DNA from: Hydrolagus colliei
Taxonomy: Eukaryota
NCBI GenBank assembly: GCA_035084275.1
Contig: CM068744.1
Span: forward strand, 21,266,001 to 21,330,000
Reading direction: 5' to 3'
Length of the DNA: 64,000 nt
Part shown: positions 24,713 to 37,858 of the stretch, one piece after another
How the letters are laid out: each line of letters begins with the position of its first letter
Numbering within the stretch: position 1 is the first letter of the stretch
Notes under the pieces: generated by a model
What the model was told of the DNA's origin: nothing
Database searches by the model: none
Seen by the model: the letters and a program-made list of their open reading frames with translations, nothing else
Program-made: the position numbers and the translations under genes

Positions 24713-26754
24713 TTGACCATGCTTTATTTTTCCAGTGGTTGTTGCAGAATTTTCAGATCAGGTTAATATTGTTTCTTCTTTGATTTCCCAGTATTCTAAC
24801 TATAGCTCGCGGGCTTGGCAACCTCTGTTGGAAAGTGCTCACTCTCTCAGAAATTTACAATTAAAATGTCACAATATGTTTCGGAATGCTTCCAATTAGT
24901 CCTACTAGACATAACATCCGGGAAAAAATATCTCCCTCCTAGTTTTGGAGTGATTGCGTACTTTCAGATAATGGAAAGGTAGCACTTTGGTTCTCTGAAT
25001 AAGTTCTCATTGGCTCAGGATAGAAATAGCTGACTACCTGACTGAGGTTCTGGAGATGAGAACATACATGAGCAAATCATATTCTTCAGAATGATGAATT
25101 CTCAGTTGGTACTGTTGGAGTAAGAGTCCGATTTTATCTTGGGGGATTGTTGCCCTTGAGGGGAGAGGAGAGAAAGTGGTGAAGCTAGGCTGAGTTGCGG
25201 AAGTGGGGGAAGGCAGAACGGGTAATGGCGCAGATGTGTTGTTTAAAATACACTTTATATGACAATAATTTTGCTAATAATGCCAGGCATCAATGTGGTG
25301 ATAATGAATCCGTGAGATCGAGAATCAGCTAAATTGGAGAATTCACTGATAGTTAACATTCTGATGTAATTCTACAACTTATCAAGAGTTTTTAAAAATC
25401 TGGAATCTTTGTGGTGCTGTAATTGTTCAGTGCAGTGACATAAACCAAGGTGCCATGTGTCATTAAAGATATTATGGCACTTGTAAAATGGAATGGAAGA
25501 GAAGGGAGTTTCTCCCAGTATCCTGGCCAACAAGCACCCAAATAAAATTAGTCATTCACTCTATGGCTAATTGTGGGACATTGGTGTGCATTAATCAACT
25601 ACCATGTTTGCCTACAAAATACAGTCACAGAATACATCCTGTGAGTATTTGAGACTTCCTACTGAAGTGAAATTATCAAATTTAAGGAAAATTAAACAAT
25701 CCTAATAACTCAGCTTTGTCTTAATTTATTGCTGCCACTTAAGTGTTCAAGCTGTCAATCTCCCAGATTTTTTTAAAATGTATTTGTACATATGCCACAA
25801 TCACTGTTCCAGATAACTTGGCACTGAGCCATTTTCCCTTGGAGTGACGAGTTATCAAGAATTTACTGTACTGTATTAATATTCCTTGACAGATAATCTG
25901 GATTCAGAGCTGAACAACTCATAATGACTAAAATGATTGCAGATCCCCTGACTTTCTCTCATTAAAGTGAAGAGTGCATCCTCTTTTAATGAAATTTGGG
26001 TCAGCAGCCTTCCGTTGCGGAATCTTATTTTCCAAAGATTCATATAAGTTTCTTTATCTTTAAAAAAAAGATTTTTTTGCATGATTTTCTCCCAATGCCG
26101 AACACTATTCCCAGTTAAGAGAGAGAAGAAATAATCTCCTCACAGACCTCTGTTGCTTGACGGCCTATTAGAGACACAACATGTGAGATGTGGCATTGGT
26201 TAACTCTTCCTTTTATTTTCTTTCCCTCCCTCTGGGCATTTGACTTTGGTTCAAAACATACATTTGTCTTAATCGGCAAGACAATTCTGTCTTCAATTTA
26301 AGAATTTTCCCCCTCTGGACCATCTAGATTTTTTTTAAGACACAATTGTCTTACTGAATGTGCCTGGGTGGATGGAATTCTAAGCCTCAAGACTATTGGA
26401 AATTCACAGTGAACAGAACTATAGGTGTGAATCCATTTCCGGATAACAATATAATAATAATAATTCTTGAGACATCCTCATGACATGAAAGACATGTTTG
26501 ATATAGCACTTTTCATGTCTTGAGGATGTCTCAACGGGAATTACTGTGAAGGGTAGGGACTGTGTGTTTTGTAGGATAATGTGAATACTCTGAATAAAAA
26601 CCCAAACAAATTCCAGCTTTGGTATTTGCATCAAAGCTGGAATTTGCATCAGTCTGCTTCACATTTACAATCATCTGGAACTCGTCACTGAGCCACTTTT
26701 CCTTGGAGTGATAAATTTGAAGGAATTTATCCTGAACTTTATTGTTTGTGCTCG

Positions 26755-27700
26755 AGTTGTGTGTCCTTCTCTCCCCTCTACTAGCCAATATAGTCAACCA
26801 GTCTCCTCAGGCTCTGATTAACTCCCCCTCAATACTGCTGTCATCATACCCCTCCTCACAAAAAACATCCTTGAACCCTCTATTCTCTCACACTACTGTC
26901 CCATCTCCAACCTACCCTCCTTGCCAAAGACCTGGAACACATTGTTGCAGGTCACCTCCAGTAACACTTCATCATCCACTTCCTCGTCAAGCCCCTGCTG
27001 TCTGTATTTTCCCTTGCCACTACACAGAGATACTTGTCGCTTGTTGAAGTTACAAACACCATTCTCTTTACCTGTGACCAGGGCTTCCTCTGCCTCCTTG
27101 TCCTTGTGGATCTCGCTGCTGAGATTGACATAGTTGACAACGCCACCCTTCTCCCATTGGCTTGCCACCCTCATCTACCTCAATGGGACCACACTCGCAT
27201 GGTTTGAGTCTTACATTCATCTTAGCAAATGGCTTCTCCTCCCACCTGTCACCGGTGGGGTACCCCAGGGATCCAACCTTGGACTTCTTCTTTTCCTTAT
27301 CTATGTGCTCCCTCTGGGTGATGTTATCCACAGACATGGGTTAAACTTCCACATGTGTGAAGATGACAAAAAAATCTACTTTGCCTTCTCCAGTACCAAC
27401 GCTAGGTCCGCCGATCAGCTTGTCTGACAGATATCAAGGTCTGGATGAGTGTGAACTTCCTGTAGCTGAATATGGACAGGACGAAAACCACACTCTTTGG
27501 CTACCCTCAATCTCTTCACTCCTGCGGATCTGAACTCCATCTCCACCATGTGGACTGCCTCCGACATTAACTAAAATGCAGCCAAAACCCTCGTGCATGT
27601 GCTTATTGCTTCCTGCTTGGATTATTTCAATATACTCCTCTCCAGGGTCCCCAGTTCCACCATTTAAAAAATCCAACTCATTCAGAACTCTGCCACCAAC
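26755..27700 (+). mobile_element. Decayed L2 RT-domain fragment
   Basis: VTGGVPQGSNLGLLLFLIYVLPLGDVIHRHGLNFHMCEDD (RT motif B and degenerate YADD). Confidence 0.85.
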
Positions 27701-28894
27701 AAAAGACATGAGGAAAAATTATACAGTTTTGTGACATAGAATCAGGCTTTAGGGATTTTTCTGATGTTTTCATCCGAATTAGCCAACCTCCCACACCCTC
27801 AATAATAATAATAATCCTTGCATTTCATATAGCACCTTATGATATCTTCAAGACATATCAAATCGCTTCACTTAATGTACAGTAATGTGAATTGACTGTA
27901 TTGTGGGTGATATGCAACAGCCAATTGTGCATAACAGTGTCCCACAAACAGTCGTGCATTAAGTGATCAAAGTATTATCTTTTTAAGGGATTATCTGACC
28001 TCTTTCAATATTCCTCTTTTTATATATCAACAACAATAAAATACAACAAAATTACATTGATAAGAGTGCCTTTCACATCGGGAGGATGTCCCGTATCGAT
28101 AGGATTCAATATACCTCCTTTTCAAGCATTTCTCTATTTCCTTTAACATTGAGTAAATACAGTAGTGTGAAATTCATCCATCAAATGGACTCTGCTATAT
28201 AGTGAATGGCAGCATAGTTACAGTACACATAATCATTATTTTTAAAAAGCAGGGACAAAATAGTCAATAGAAATTATATCAAAGAGCAGCGATCTTGTAT
28301 TATTATAATATTTTAAATATTATATTTAAATGCACAAACCAGGCATTTCCACTAATATAAAATTTACAGTCTTTCTCTTCCTGTGTTGTTCATATCAACT
28401 TCCTAATCAAGCAGATTCCTTGGAGATAGATTTTTTTTAAAAAGTGTAAATAAAAAGATAGCAATCAGTTCAGTTTATAACCAATGAATCTGTCTGTTTC
28501 ATCTTAATGACAGAATTTTGAGCAAAGTGCTTTTTTGGTATGATAATTTGGGTCACACATCCTGGCCTTGAATTAATGCATTCAATTGCCAGAGAGTTTC
28601 TTTATGTTATTGTCTCTGCCTTATCTGTCTGTCTGACTGTCTCAATCCTTGCCGTCATGGTGCTTTTCTGAGTAGCTGGGGAATTATTTGATAGAGCCAA
28701 AGGGATTCATTAATTTTATATTTGGCCATGGTTGAATAATTGCTTCCTCTGATCATTTAAAAAAAATCTGTAGTCATATCTGATTGAGAAACAAAATACA
28801 CAATTTTTTTTAGCTCTTTGAGGGTGAAGCACAACATTGCACAACCAATTTGATGTAATTACCACATAGCCAGATAAACAGTCAGTCATTGTTC

Positions 28895-30125
28895 AGACCC
28901 GAGCTGAGGTCAGGGACGGGGAGGGTGGACGTAAAGGGGGGGATGTGGGGTGACTGATGAGACCATCGAAGAGGAGGGTCTTGAGCCCGGACTGCTTGAA
29001 GGAGGCCAGGGAGAGGGCAAGATGGAGGGACTGCGGGATGGAGTTCCAGAGGTTGGGGGCAGATGGCTAAAGGCTTGTCTCGCCAATGGTGAGGTGAATG
29101 GGTCAGGGGATGTGGAGCAGGCCGGAGCCTGCTGAGTGGAGGGGGCGGGCAGGTTGGTAAGGGGTTAAAAGGTCATGGATCTAGGGTGGGGCGAGGATGT
29201 GGAGGGTTTTAAATGTGAGCACCAGAATCTTAAATTGTATCCTCTGAGTGATGGGGTGCCAATGGAGTCAGGTGAAGATGGGGGAGATGGGGTCATGAAG
29301 CTTGGAGTGGTAGACCATATGGGCCGCAGTGTTCTAGATTATCTGCAAACTATGGATGCAGGAATTGGGAAGGCGGACAAGAAGGGCATTGGCATAGTCG
29401 AGCCAGGAAGTGATGCAGGCATAAATGAGGGTTTTAGCAGCCTTGGGTGTGAGGTAATGGCAGAGTCAGGTAATATTGCGGAGATGAGAGAAGCAGAGTG
29501 GGTTATTGCTTGGATGTGGGGGAGGAAAGACAGTTGAGGATCGAACAAGGTTCCTGACTGGCTTGGTGAGGTGGAGTGGGCCAGTACCTGATGCAAGCCA
29601 ATCTGGAGGGTCTCATTTTGTTGACATTCAACTGTAGAAAGTTAGCTCTCATCCACGACTTAATGTCTGATAGGCAGTCTGTCAGGACAGTAGTAGTCCT
29701 GGAGTCGACAATAGAGGCAAAAAGATAGAGTTGGGTGTCATCTGTATACATGTGGAAGTTGACACTATGTCTATGAATGATGTCACCAAGGGAGAGCATG
29801 TAGACGTTAAAACTTAGGGTGTGAAGGACAGAGTCCTGGAGGACGCCACAGGTGACATTGCGCAAGCTGGAAGAGAAGCCGTTCGTTGGTGGCGACAAAG
29901 TGGAGATGATGAGAAAGGTAGGAATCGAACCAGGCAAGGGCAGGTCCGTGGAGATTAAGCTGAGAGGAGAGACAGTGTAGGAAGATGGAATGGTCGACAG
30001 TGTCGAAGGCAGCAGAGAGGTCGAGGACGACAAGGGGGCAGAGAGTTCCATGCTTGCAGATATTTAGAATATCATTAGAGACTTTGACCAGGGCTGTCTC
30101 CGTGCTTTGGGCAGCCCGGAAACCA
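28895..30125 (-). mobile_element. L2 LINE, RT domain to 3' UTR, frameshifted
   Basis: YMLSLGDIIHRHSVNFHMYTDDTQLYL...CLSDIKSWMRANFLQLN. Confidence 0.92.
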
Positions 30126-32568
30126 ATTCAAATTCAATTCGAATTCAAACCAATCTTGTGTGAAAACGTATTCTCCAACAACTCCAACAATTGCTGTTTG
30201 AGTTCTTGACGAATATATTCGCCCTCAAATTCTACAACAGCAAAGGCACTTTGATTGACTAAACAATAGTCATTGTGATGATCCAGGAGCTGAGTGCTGA
30301 CCTGCTGGGAATAACATGTTAAATTAAAAACAGATCTTTCATCTTGCAGCTTTGACCTCACAGAGTTTGTTCTCTCTGGAGCATGTGCTTTGTGCACTTA
30401 GCAGTACATTACAGATTCAGTGTCGCTATTTTCAGCATTCATTTTTACTAACATAATTAAATGTAAAATGTTCAGTTTAAAAAAAATATGTATTGATTGC
30501 AATTCAGAAACTGCGGGGACTCTGGATAAAGGATTACTATGAAGTGATATGACTATTTATTTTTACCTGTGATGTACTCTATCTGGTATCTGTTAATTAT
30601 CACCAATCACAATTTTCAACAATGATAAAAAAAAGTTGCAATTTTCCAGCATTTCAATTTGTAGAGGGTAATATTTTGTTTCAAAAATCTGAAATGTTAG
30701 TTGATCTGAACACCCGCATAACAACACTCATGCCATGTACACAGCGGTTTAGCTGTGTTTTGCATTTGAAATAATTAGGAGCAAATAACTGAGGCTTCCT
30801 GTCATTTTGTGACATGGTTATTATAGCTTTATTGGACCTTTAATGTCAATTCTGTGAATGTTATGAAAGAGCTAAATGCACTTAGCTACATGAGGTTTTG
30901 TGGCATCAAACAGCGAGAGCTGTTGGAAGTGCAGGATTTTAATGTGCTACTACCCAGGAGAGAGAAAACTACAGGAAAATGAATCGTTGATACTATTTCA
31001 GTTCACACTTTTCACCGAGTAGTAAGAAGGAACCCGGTTGTTAGTCAGCTGGTGGATCGCTTTTCTGGGGTAATATTATCTTCAAAGAAAAAATAAATAA
31101 AATCATAATTGGGTCACTGAATCCACCATTGTTTTTGAGAAGTCGCTGTGTGCAATTGGCAGCTAGTGTTTCGCTCACAAAATACACTGTCATTTAACTA
31201 CACATTAAAATACACTCCACACCATGTAAAAATTCCCTCTTGAATTGCTGACAGGTGGAGGATGAAGAAGCATTAGAATATTTTCATTTATAACCCACCT
31301 GTGTTTCACCCACAAAATATACATTCAATATACTTTACAGTATATTCTGTGAAGCACTTTGAGATGTCTCAAAGACTTGATAAGGCACTATATCAAATCC
31401 AAGGATTATTATTATTGTGATGATCAGATGGAAAGCCTGTGGAAAGTCTTCTAGAGATAGACAATCGACTATGAATAGGTTAATGTTGACTATGATGTTG
31501 TTATTCAGGCTAAAGATGTTTTGATTGTTATGACAGGGAAAACACAATGTCTGGTGGTATGCTGATGGTTTAAGCTGGATACAGCAAAACATCAATGAAC
31601 GAGCTTTAAAGTCATTTCTATTCCTCAGCAGAATGTAACCCCTGGCTGGCATCAATACAGAAGCAATGGTCCCTGAAAATACTTTTTTCAAGCACACAAG
31701 GACACAGTCAGTTTGCTGGCCCTCTAAATTCATTCACTGCATCAAGTCATTTGGGTCTGACCTAATAGCTTCCACACTATAAGTAGATGTATAGAAAGTT
31801 CCATAAAGGAACCTCCCATTGATAAAAGATTGTGGGGCCCACTCTCATTGATTGCAGTGAAGAGGCTATTAAAGAGAAGAGTGCAACTTGCTCTCTCATA
31901 GCATTATTAAAAGTAAGTTAAAATAACCATTCAGAACCTTTATGTATTGTTTTAGAATGACAAGTTGGTTTGAAATTGCAGTGTTTTTAATGAGCTACAA
32001 GGTGTGGCCACGAAGACTGGGGAGATAGAGAAATCAACTCTGATCAGAAACTGTATTAAATCCAGAGCTAGCAGTACAGCAGATGTTGGGCATGATTTAA
32101 AGTGAGTAAAAGTAACATATTCATTACCATTACACACTGAGACACACACACATACACTCGACACACACACTCCACACACTGACACACACACACATGCACA
32201 CTTGACATACTAACCCTCACTGACTGACCTCAGACTGACACTCGCACTGAGTGAGGAGCTGCCTGGCCAGTCAGGGCTATGTCATGCTGTGATGGGGGAA
32301 ACACAGACCCCACCAATTCCTCCTCTCCTCTTCCTTGTGTCTGAAGGTGATGCTGACAGTGGCAGGTCTATGTCAGGCTCCCAGACTATCTATTTGCCTG
32401 TGTGTATGTGCGGTGTCTGCCTGTGTGTGGGTTCGATTCCAGGCAGGGCAAAATCTTCGGCAAGCTTTCTTACGCCACACGTCTAATAACAATCCCTCCA
32501 AAGAAAAACAATACAGTAAAAGCCTGTTTATCCGGTACCCTCGGGACCTGATCAATGCCGGTTAAACG

Positions 32569-33364
32569 TAGGAACGGCGATATGGGAATTTTCCGGATAT
32601 GGATATATCGGTTGGCTCATATCGAGGTATACCGAAATACCGATATTTTCCGTTTTTTCATACTGCGCATGCGCGCGCGCATCGGAGTGCGCGCGCATTC
32701 GGGGCCTATCTTCTCAGGAGGTAAATATCTTTCTCTCTCTGTGTCTCTCACTCTCTCCATCTCTGTGTTTTTCTGTCTGTGTCTCTCTATGTCTCTCACA
32801 TCCCCCCCCATCTCTATCTATCTGTATATTATCACATCCACCCCATCTCTCTCTCTCCCCACCCCGCCGCCTCTCTCTCCCTCCCCCCCCAGCCGTCTCT
32901 CTCCCCCTCCCCCCAGCCGTCTCTCTCCCCCTCTCCTCCGCCCCCCCGCCGTCTCTCTCTCCTCCCCCCCCAGCCGTCTCTCTCCCCCTCTCCTCTCCCC
33001 CCCCCAGCCGTCTCTCTCCCCCTCACCCCCCCCCCAGCCTTCTCCTCCCCCTCAACGCCCCCCCAGCAGTCTCTCTCCCTCTCACCCCCCCCACCCACAG
33101 CCGTCTCTCTCCCCCCACCCCTTGCATACCTGTATATTGTATTCGAGGACTATGAATACAAGATGGCGGCTTTGCACCTCGGTCTGTATATTGTGTATAG
33201 AGATGAGCATTCTGGGTCTTGTAGTTGATTGTGCTCGCATCCCAATTTTTTACCTCGATATATAGTTTTTCGATATATCGGTATTTTAAAAATGTATATA
33301 TCGGCATATCGATATGAAAATCATATCGGGTTTTAGCGATATACCGATATATCGCCGTTCCCTA
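32569..33364. mobile_element. Non-autonomous hAT element with 8-bp TSD, nested in the previous element
   Basis: TIR TAGGAACGGCGATAT versus ATATCGCCGTTCCCTA; GTTAAACG at 32561-32568 and 33365-33372; subterminal CGATAT repeats. Confidence 0.9.
32860..33120. repeat. C-rich minisatellite, unit about CAGCCGTCTCTCTCCCCCTC(C)n
   Basis: GCCGTCTCTCTC recurs with variable C-run spacers; explains the Pro/Ser-rich spurious ORFs. Confidence 0.9.
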
Positions 33365-33839
33365 GTTAAACGGCACGCCGGATATTCGGAAGAAAACCCA
33401 ACACAAAAAAAATTAACTTTAATAAAACATTTATTAAAAATATTTAAACATACTATATTAATAATAGACTAAATAATAACAGAATATTGAATGGATACAT
33501 ACCAATAAAGCAATAAATATCGAGTATAGTCTATAAACACAGCACACAATCACAAAGCAAACTTCTACAACGGCAGATGGTAGTGGCTTAAAGCGGTACT
33601 GTCGTTTATTCCTTTTTTATTCTTTCTTTCTCTCCCTCCTTCCCTCTCTCTCTCTTTCACACACACACTCAGTCAGTCTGGCATCTCAGTGGCTCCAAAT
33701 CCAAACCCCTTCCACTCCTCTTCCATCTAAATTAATCAACTCACCCCTTCTCCCTCTCCCCTCCTCTTCCCCACTTCTCTCACCCCCTCTCACTCCTCTC
33801 TCTCCCCCCCCCTCTTTCCCTCCCTTTCCCCCCCACCCT

Positions 33840-34077
33840 NNNNNNNNNNNNNNNNNNNNNNNNNNNNNNNNNNNNNNNNNNNNNNNNNNNNNNNNNNNNN
33901 NNNNNNNNNNNNNNNNNNNNNNNNNNNNNNNNNNNNNNNNNNNNNNNNNNNNNNNNNNNNNNNNNNNNNNNNNNNNNNNNNNNNNNNNNNNNNNNNNNNN
34001 NNNNNNNNNNNNNNNNNNNNNNNNNNNNNNNNNNNNNNNNNNNNNNNNNNNNNNNNNNNNNNNNNNNNNNNNNNNNN
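33840..34077. other. Assembly gap (238 N) between a CT-rich and a GA-rich tract
   Basis: Read directly. Confidence 0.99.
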
Positions 34078-34484
34078 GAAGGAATGAGAGGGAGAGAAAA
34101 AAAAAGAGAGAGAAAAAGGAGAGAGGGAGAGGAAAAACTGATAGCACCGGTTTAAGAGGAAAAACCGGAAGTGCCATTACCGACAGCATTCAAAACTAAT
34201 TGTACTGTACTCTCGTGCATCAATCGACTCATTAAATGCGCCACCGCAATTGTTCCGGATAAGATCCAGTTATTCGAATGGGGACTTTTTTTTGAGGTGC
34301 CGGTTATACGGAAGTTATGGTTGATCAGGTCACGGATAAACGGGTTTTTACTGTAATTGGATTGATCACTCAATCCACAACTGTTTGTGGGACACTGCTG
34401 TGCATACTTGGCTGCCACATTTCGCCCACAAATATATAGTCAATTCATTTTACGGTATAATCTGAAGATGTGAAAAGTGCTATA

Positions 34485-35141
34485 CAAGTACCCCTCCCCA
34501 ACCACGGGGGATACGTTCCTGAGAAAGTGAAATAGAGAGAAGGTGAGTCAGAGAGAGAGATCTCTATAGCCCTATATACACTCTCAGTGAGAAAGAGAGA
34601 GAGTAACTGTGATAGAGAAACCTCTCTACAGCCTGAAGTACATTCACACACAGAGATAGATAGTGAGAGAGACACGTGTGACAGAGGGACAGACCTCTCT
34701 ATAGCCTGACATACACACACGCACACGGAGTGAGAAGGTGAGAGAGAGACCTTTCTAAAGTCCGAGATGCACTCACAGAGAGAGAGGTGAGAGAGAGAGA
34801 TAGAAATTCTCTATCTCTCTCTTCATCCCGAAATACAGCGAGAGAGAGACTTCTACAGCCTATGATACACTTACACAGAGAGAGAAGGATGAGGAGAAGT
34901 GACAATAAATTCACGTTACTGTAATTACCTTAATCCTAAGAGAGAAGCAACATCTCACTGGTTGATTGCGACATCGCAACTGGGTCCTAGTGCCAAACGC
35001 TAGAGTTAGTGTTAAAACTCGTGGATAAGCAAGGGTTAAGCAATAACCATTGCCGTGGTTAGCAAGGGTTGTCGCAGCAAGCCAACCGTGGGTAAGGGAA
35101 ATTAGCGGTAGGAAAAACCGCAGTTGGGGCGGGGTACCTTG
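34485..35141. mobile_element. Second Tigger-like MITE with GA-rich interior, inserted in the SINE tail
   Basis: Ends CAAGTACCCCTCCCCAAC versus GTTGGGGCGGGGTACCTTG; CCACGGGGGATACGTTCC resembles Tigger-derived MITE ends; TA on the left only, right TSD not intact. Confidence 0.7.
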
Positions 35142-36579
35142 ACTAAATACAAGGATTATTATTATTGTCTTTGGTTTGACTTAGGCAGGTCTGGAAAATC
35201 AATGTCAAATTGATCTGAAGTAGCCTACGACTGAAATCTTTCTCATTGTGTGAGGCATTTGATTCACTATTTCCCTAGGGGGTGTAGCAGATTTACTGCT
35301 GGCAGTGCTACTTGTGGAACATCTCTGTAAACTGAAGTACAAATTTAACAGCTGGAATCTTCTCCGACAGAAGTGCCCATGAAGCCAAAAATTATTGCTG
35401 TGAAAAGGATAAGACAAGTGTCCACTTATGTATAGCGTTGGCACCAGGCCCAAAAAGGGGAAACAAAATGGAGATTGTTAATCTCTTAAATAACATGTTC
35501 TGCTTGTACTATTATTATATCTAGGCAAGTGTGTTAAATGTAAAATAGAAAGGCCTTTGCTAGGCAAAATGATTGTGCTGGAGCTCTGATGCCTGGCTGA
35601 ACATTTGCTACTTGGGTTCCTCAGTTGGTGTGTTGGATGCTGGGTCCCACTGGAGTGGTGTTGCTGGGGAGAGGGTGTAATGTGCTTTGAGATGTGTGCA
35701 CATGGCTGGCCAAGTTCAGGGTGGGATAAACATCTTGCAAATCGGTGTGGAGAGAGGGTACAAGGGAGGGAGGAAGAGTGGGAGGAGGGAATAAAGACAG
35801 AAAGTCGGAGAGCAAAATTGACTTTGTGTAATATGTAGAACATCCAATTATTTTAAAGAAATTAAATTCAATATCTGTTTGTAGCACTTGCTTATGGATC
35901 GGAATGTTGTACAGGGACTTTGAGCTCACAGTCTAGGCTAAAACATCATCTGGTGCTAGAGAAGCACGGCATTGTTAGAAATGCTGTCATTTGGATGAGA
36001 TGTTAATTTGAGGTCCTGCCTTCTTGTTCAGTGGTGTAGTAAAAATGGCACTCTTTGCAAAGCAAAGGAAGATTTGAACATGTGATGGGATGCAATATCA
36101 AATGCAAGGATTTGTTTCATGACTATAGCTTCTGCCAATACCTAAATAGATAAAGATATGGCATGGTCCATTACTGAGCTACAGTTTTGACCAAGAAAGA
36201 TTCAAGATTGATCAATGTCTCTGCTGAGTTTAACTGAGAACTGAGGTTGGCTTCAGTGTATCCTTGCTAAAGAATCACTTTTCATCAGTTTCTGTTCCTT
36301 TCCTTTAAACAATAACCAACAGTACAAAATGCGCATGTGTAGACATTGGCAGACTGAAACTCCAGATAACATTGCATTTTTAGCAATCTTCTAATCTCGT
36401 TCTAACCTCTACTATTAAGGTGACATAGCGTATATTGTACTTGTATCATCTACAATAAATGGTTGCGTGGACCAACTGGGATTCAGCCCCAGACCTTTCT
36501 AGGAACCTACTACTGAACTGATTAATTGGAATATGGTGCAACGTGAGTCCATCCCTACAATGGCTGTCACATTGAATTG

Positions 36580-36864
36580 TAATATAATCCTTGCATTTGA
36601 CGTCTCAAAGCGCTTCATAGAATATACTGTAAAGTGAAATGACTGCATATTTGTGGGCGAAACATAGCAGCAAATTGCGCACATCAGTATCCCACAAACA
36701 GTCATGGATTGAGTGACCAAATTATTATTGGTTTTTTTCTTGAGAGATTATTATCGGGCATATGGAGTAAGGAAATTTACCCATAGTTTTGCCCTGCCGT
36801 GAATCGATCCCAGATCTCTTGCTTACAAGGCGAGTTCTCTAACCACTGAGCTGCTGGACTCCAC
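36580..36864 (-). mobile_element. Full-length DeuSINE-type SINE
   Basis: Reverse complement of the head, core and tail seen at 14965. Confidence 0.85.
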
Positions 36865-37209
36865 AATTCTCTACTTTACTCACTGTCAGATGATGTTGAA
36901 AGAATGCAGAAAGATAAAATAGGAACATAGAAATGTTGGAACATTAGAAAGCTGTTCAACCTATCAAACCCATATAACTATCTGTTAGATCATTGCAAAT
37001 CCTTTAATCCCATTTCCTAGCCTTTCCTGCATATTCCTTAAGACCCATTCTCTCTAGAGAGGAACGGGAGGTCAATGAATGAATTACCTCTCGTCATTCT
37101 GGTATTCTCTTATTGTTGCTCCTAACTAACCTGCTTGGTCGAGTGTTGACATCTTAATCACACAGAATAATGGCACCTGCAATGCTTTAGCCACCTTATT
37201 ATTTACTGC

Positions 37210-37858
37210 AACTATCTTACCCCCCGCGCTGCCGAAACACTCGTGCACGTGTACATCACCTCACGGCTGGATTACGGAAATTCTCTCCTAATCGGCCTCC
37301 CCAGTTCCTCCATTCATAGGCTGCAGGCCATCCAAAACTCTGCAGACCGTGTACTATCCCACACCCGCCTCCGTGACCACATAACCCCCACCCTCGCCCG
37401 TCTCCACTGGCTCCCCATCCTCCAGAGGATCAAATTTAAGATCCTCATCCTCACCTACAAGGCCTTGCACGGCCTTGCCCCATCCTACCTAGCCGATCTA
37501 CTCTCCCCCTACACGCCCACCCGGACCCTCCGTTCAACAGGACTTGGCCTGCTCCAAGCCCCCCGCCCGAACCGCCCCACCATCGAAGGCCGGGCCTTCA
37601 GTTTCTCTGCTCCCACCTTATGGAATGCCATCCCTCAATCCCTCTGTTTCGCCTCTTCCCTTTCCTCTTTCAAGGCCGATTTGAAGACTTTCCTCTTCGA
37701 TCATGCCTTTTGTTCCACCCCGAACTCCTTCGTGTTTCACCCCTTCCCAAACACTCCCCTCCCAGCTCAGGTCACATGCCTCTTGTTTAGCGCCTTGGGA
37801 CGTCCTCCCGACGTGAAAGGCGCTATATAAATGTAAATTGTTGTTGTTGTTGTTGTTG
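37210..37858 (+). mobile_element. Young 5'-truncated L2 with uninterrupted ORF2 C-terminus
   Basis: HVYITSRLDYGNSLLIGLP...HITPTLARLHWLPILQRIKFKILILTYKALHGLAPSYL...LKTFLFDHAF; CpGs retained; stem-loop and (TTG)n tail. Confidence 0.95.

Larger units (their letters stand above)
32514..34353. mobile_element. Non-autonomous Tc1/mariner (pogo/Tigger-like) element with TA TSD
   Basis: TIR CAGTAAAAGCCTGTTTATCCG versus CGGATAAACGGGTTTTTACTG; TA at 32512-32513 and 34354-34355. Confidence 0.85.
32428..35166 (+). mobile_element. DeuSINE-type SINE split into three pieces by DNA transposons
   Basis: Head piece 32428-32513, core 34356-34484, tail end 35142-35166 are collinear with the SINE at 14965. Confidence 0.8.

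Noticed and set aside
24810-25420. Possible old hAT/Tip100-type MITE (GGCAACC end motif)
   Set aside because: Matching opposite terminus and TSD not found.
32555-33307. 236-aa and overlapping Pro/Ser- or Gly/Arg-rich ORFs
   Set aside because: Produced by the C-rich minisatellite in a non-autonomous hAT; no transposase motifs.
33686-34189. 167-aa minus-strand ORF
   Set aside because: Reads through the N gap and low-complexity tracts.
37243-37830. 195-aa ORF as a host gene
   Set aside because: It is the C-terminus of L2 ORF2 in a 5'-truncated copy lacking RT core and promoter.
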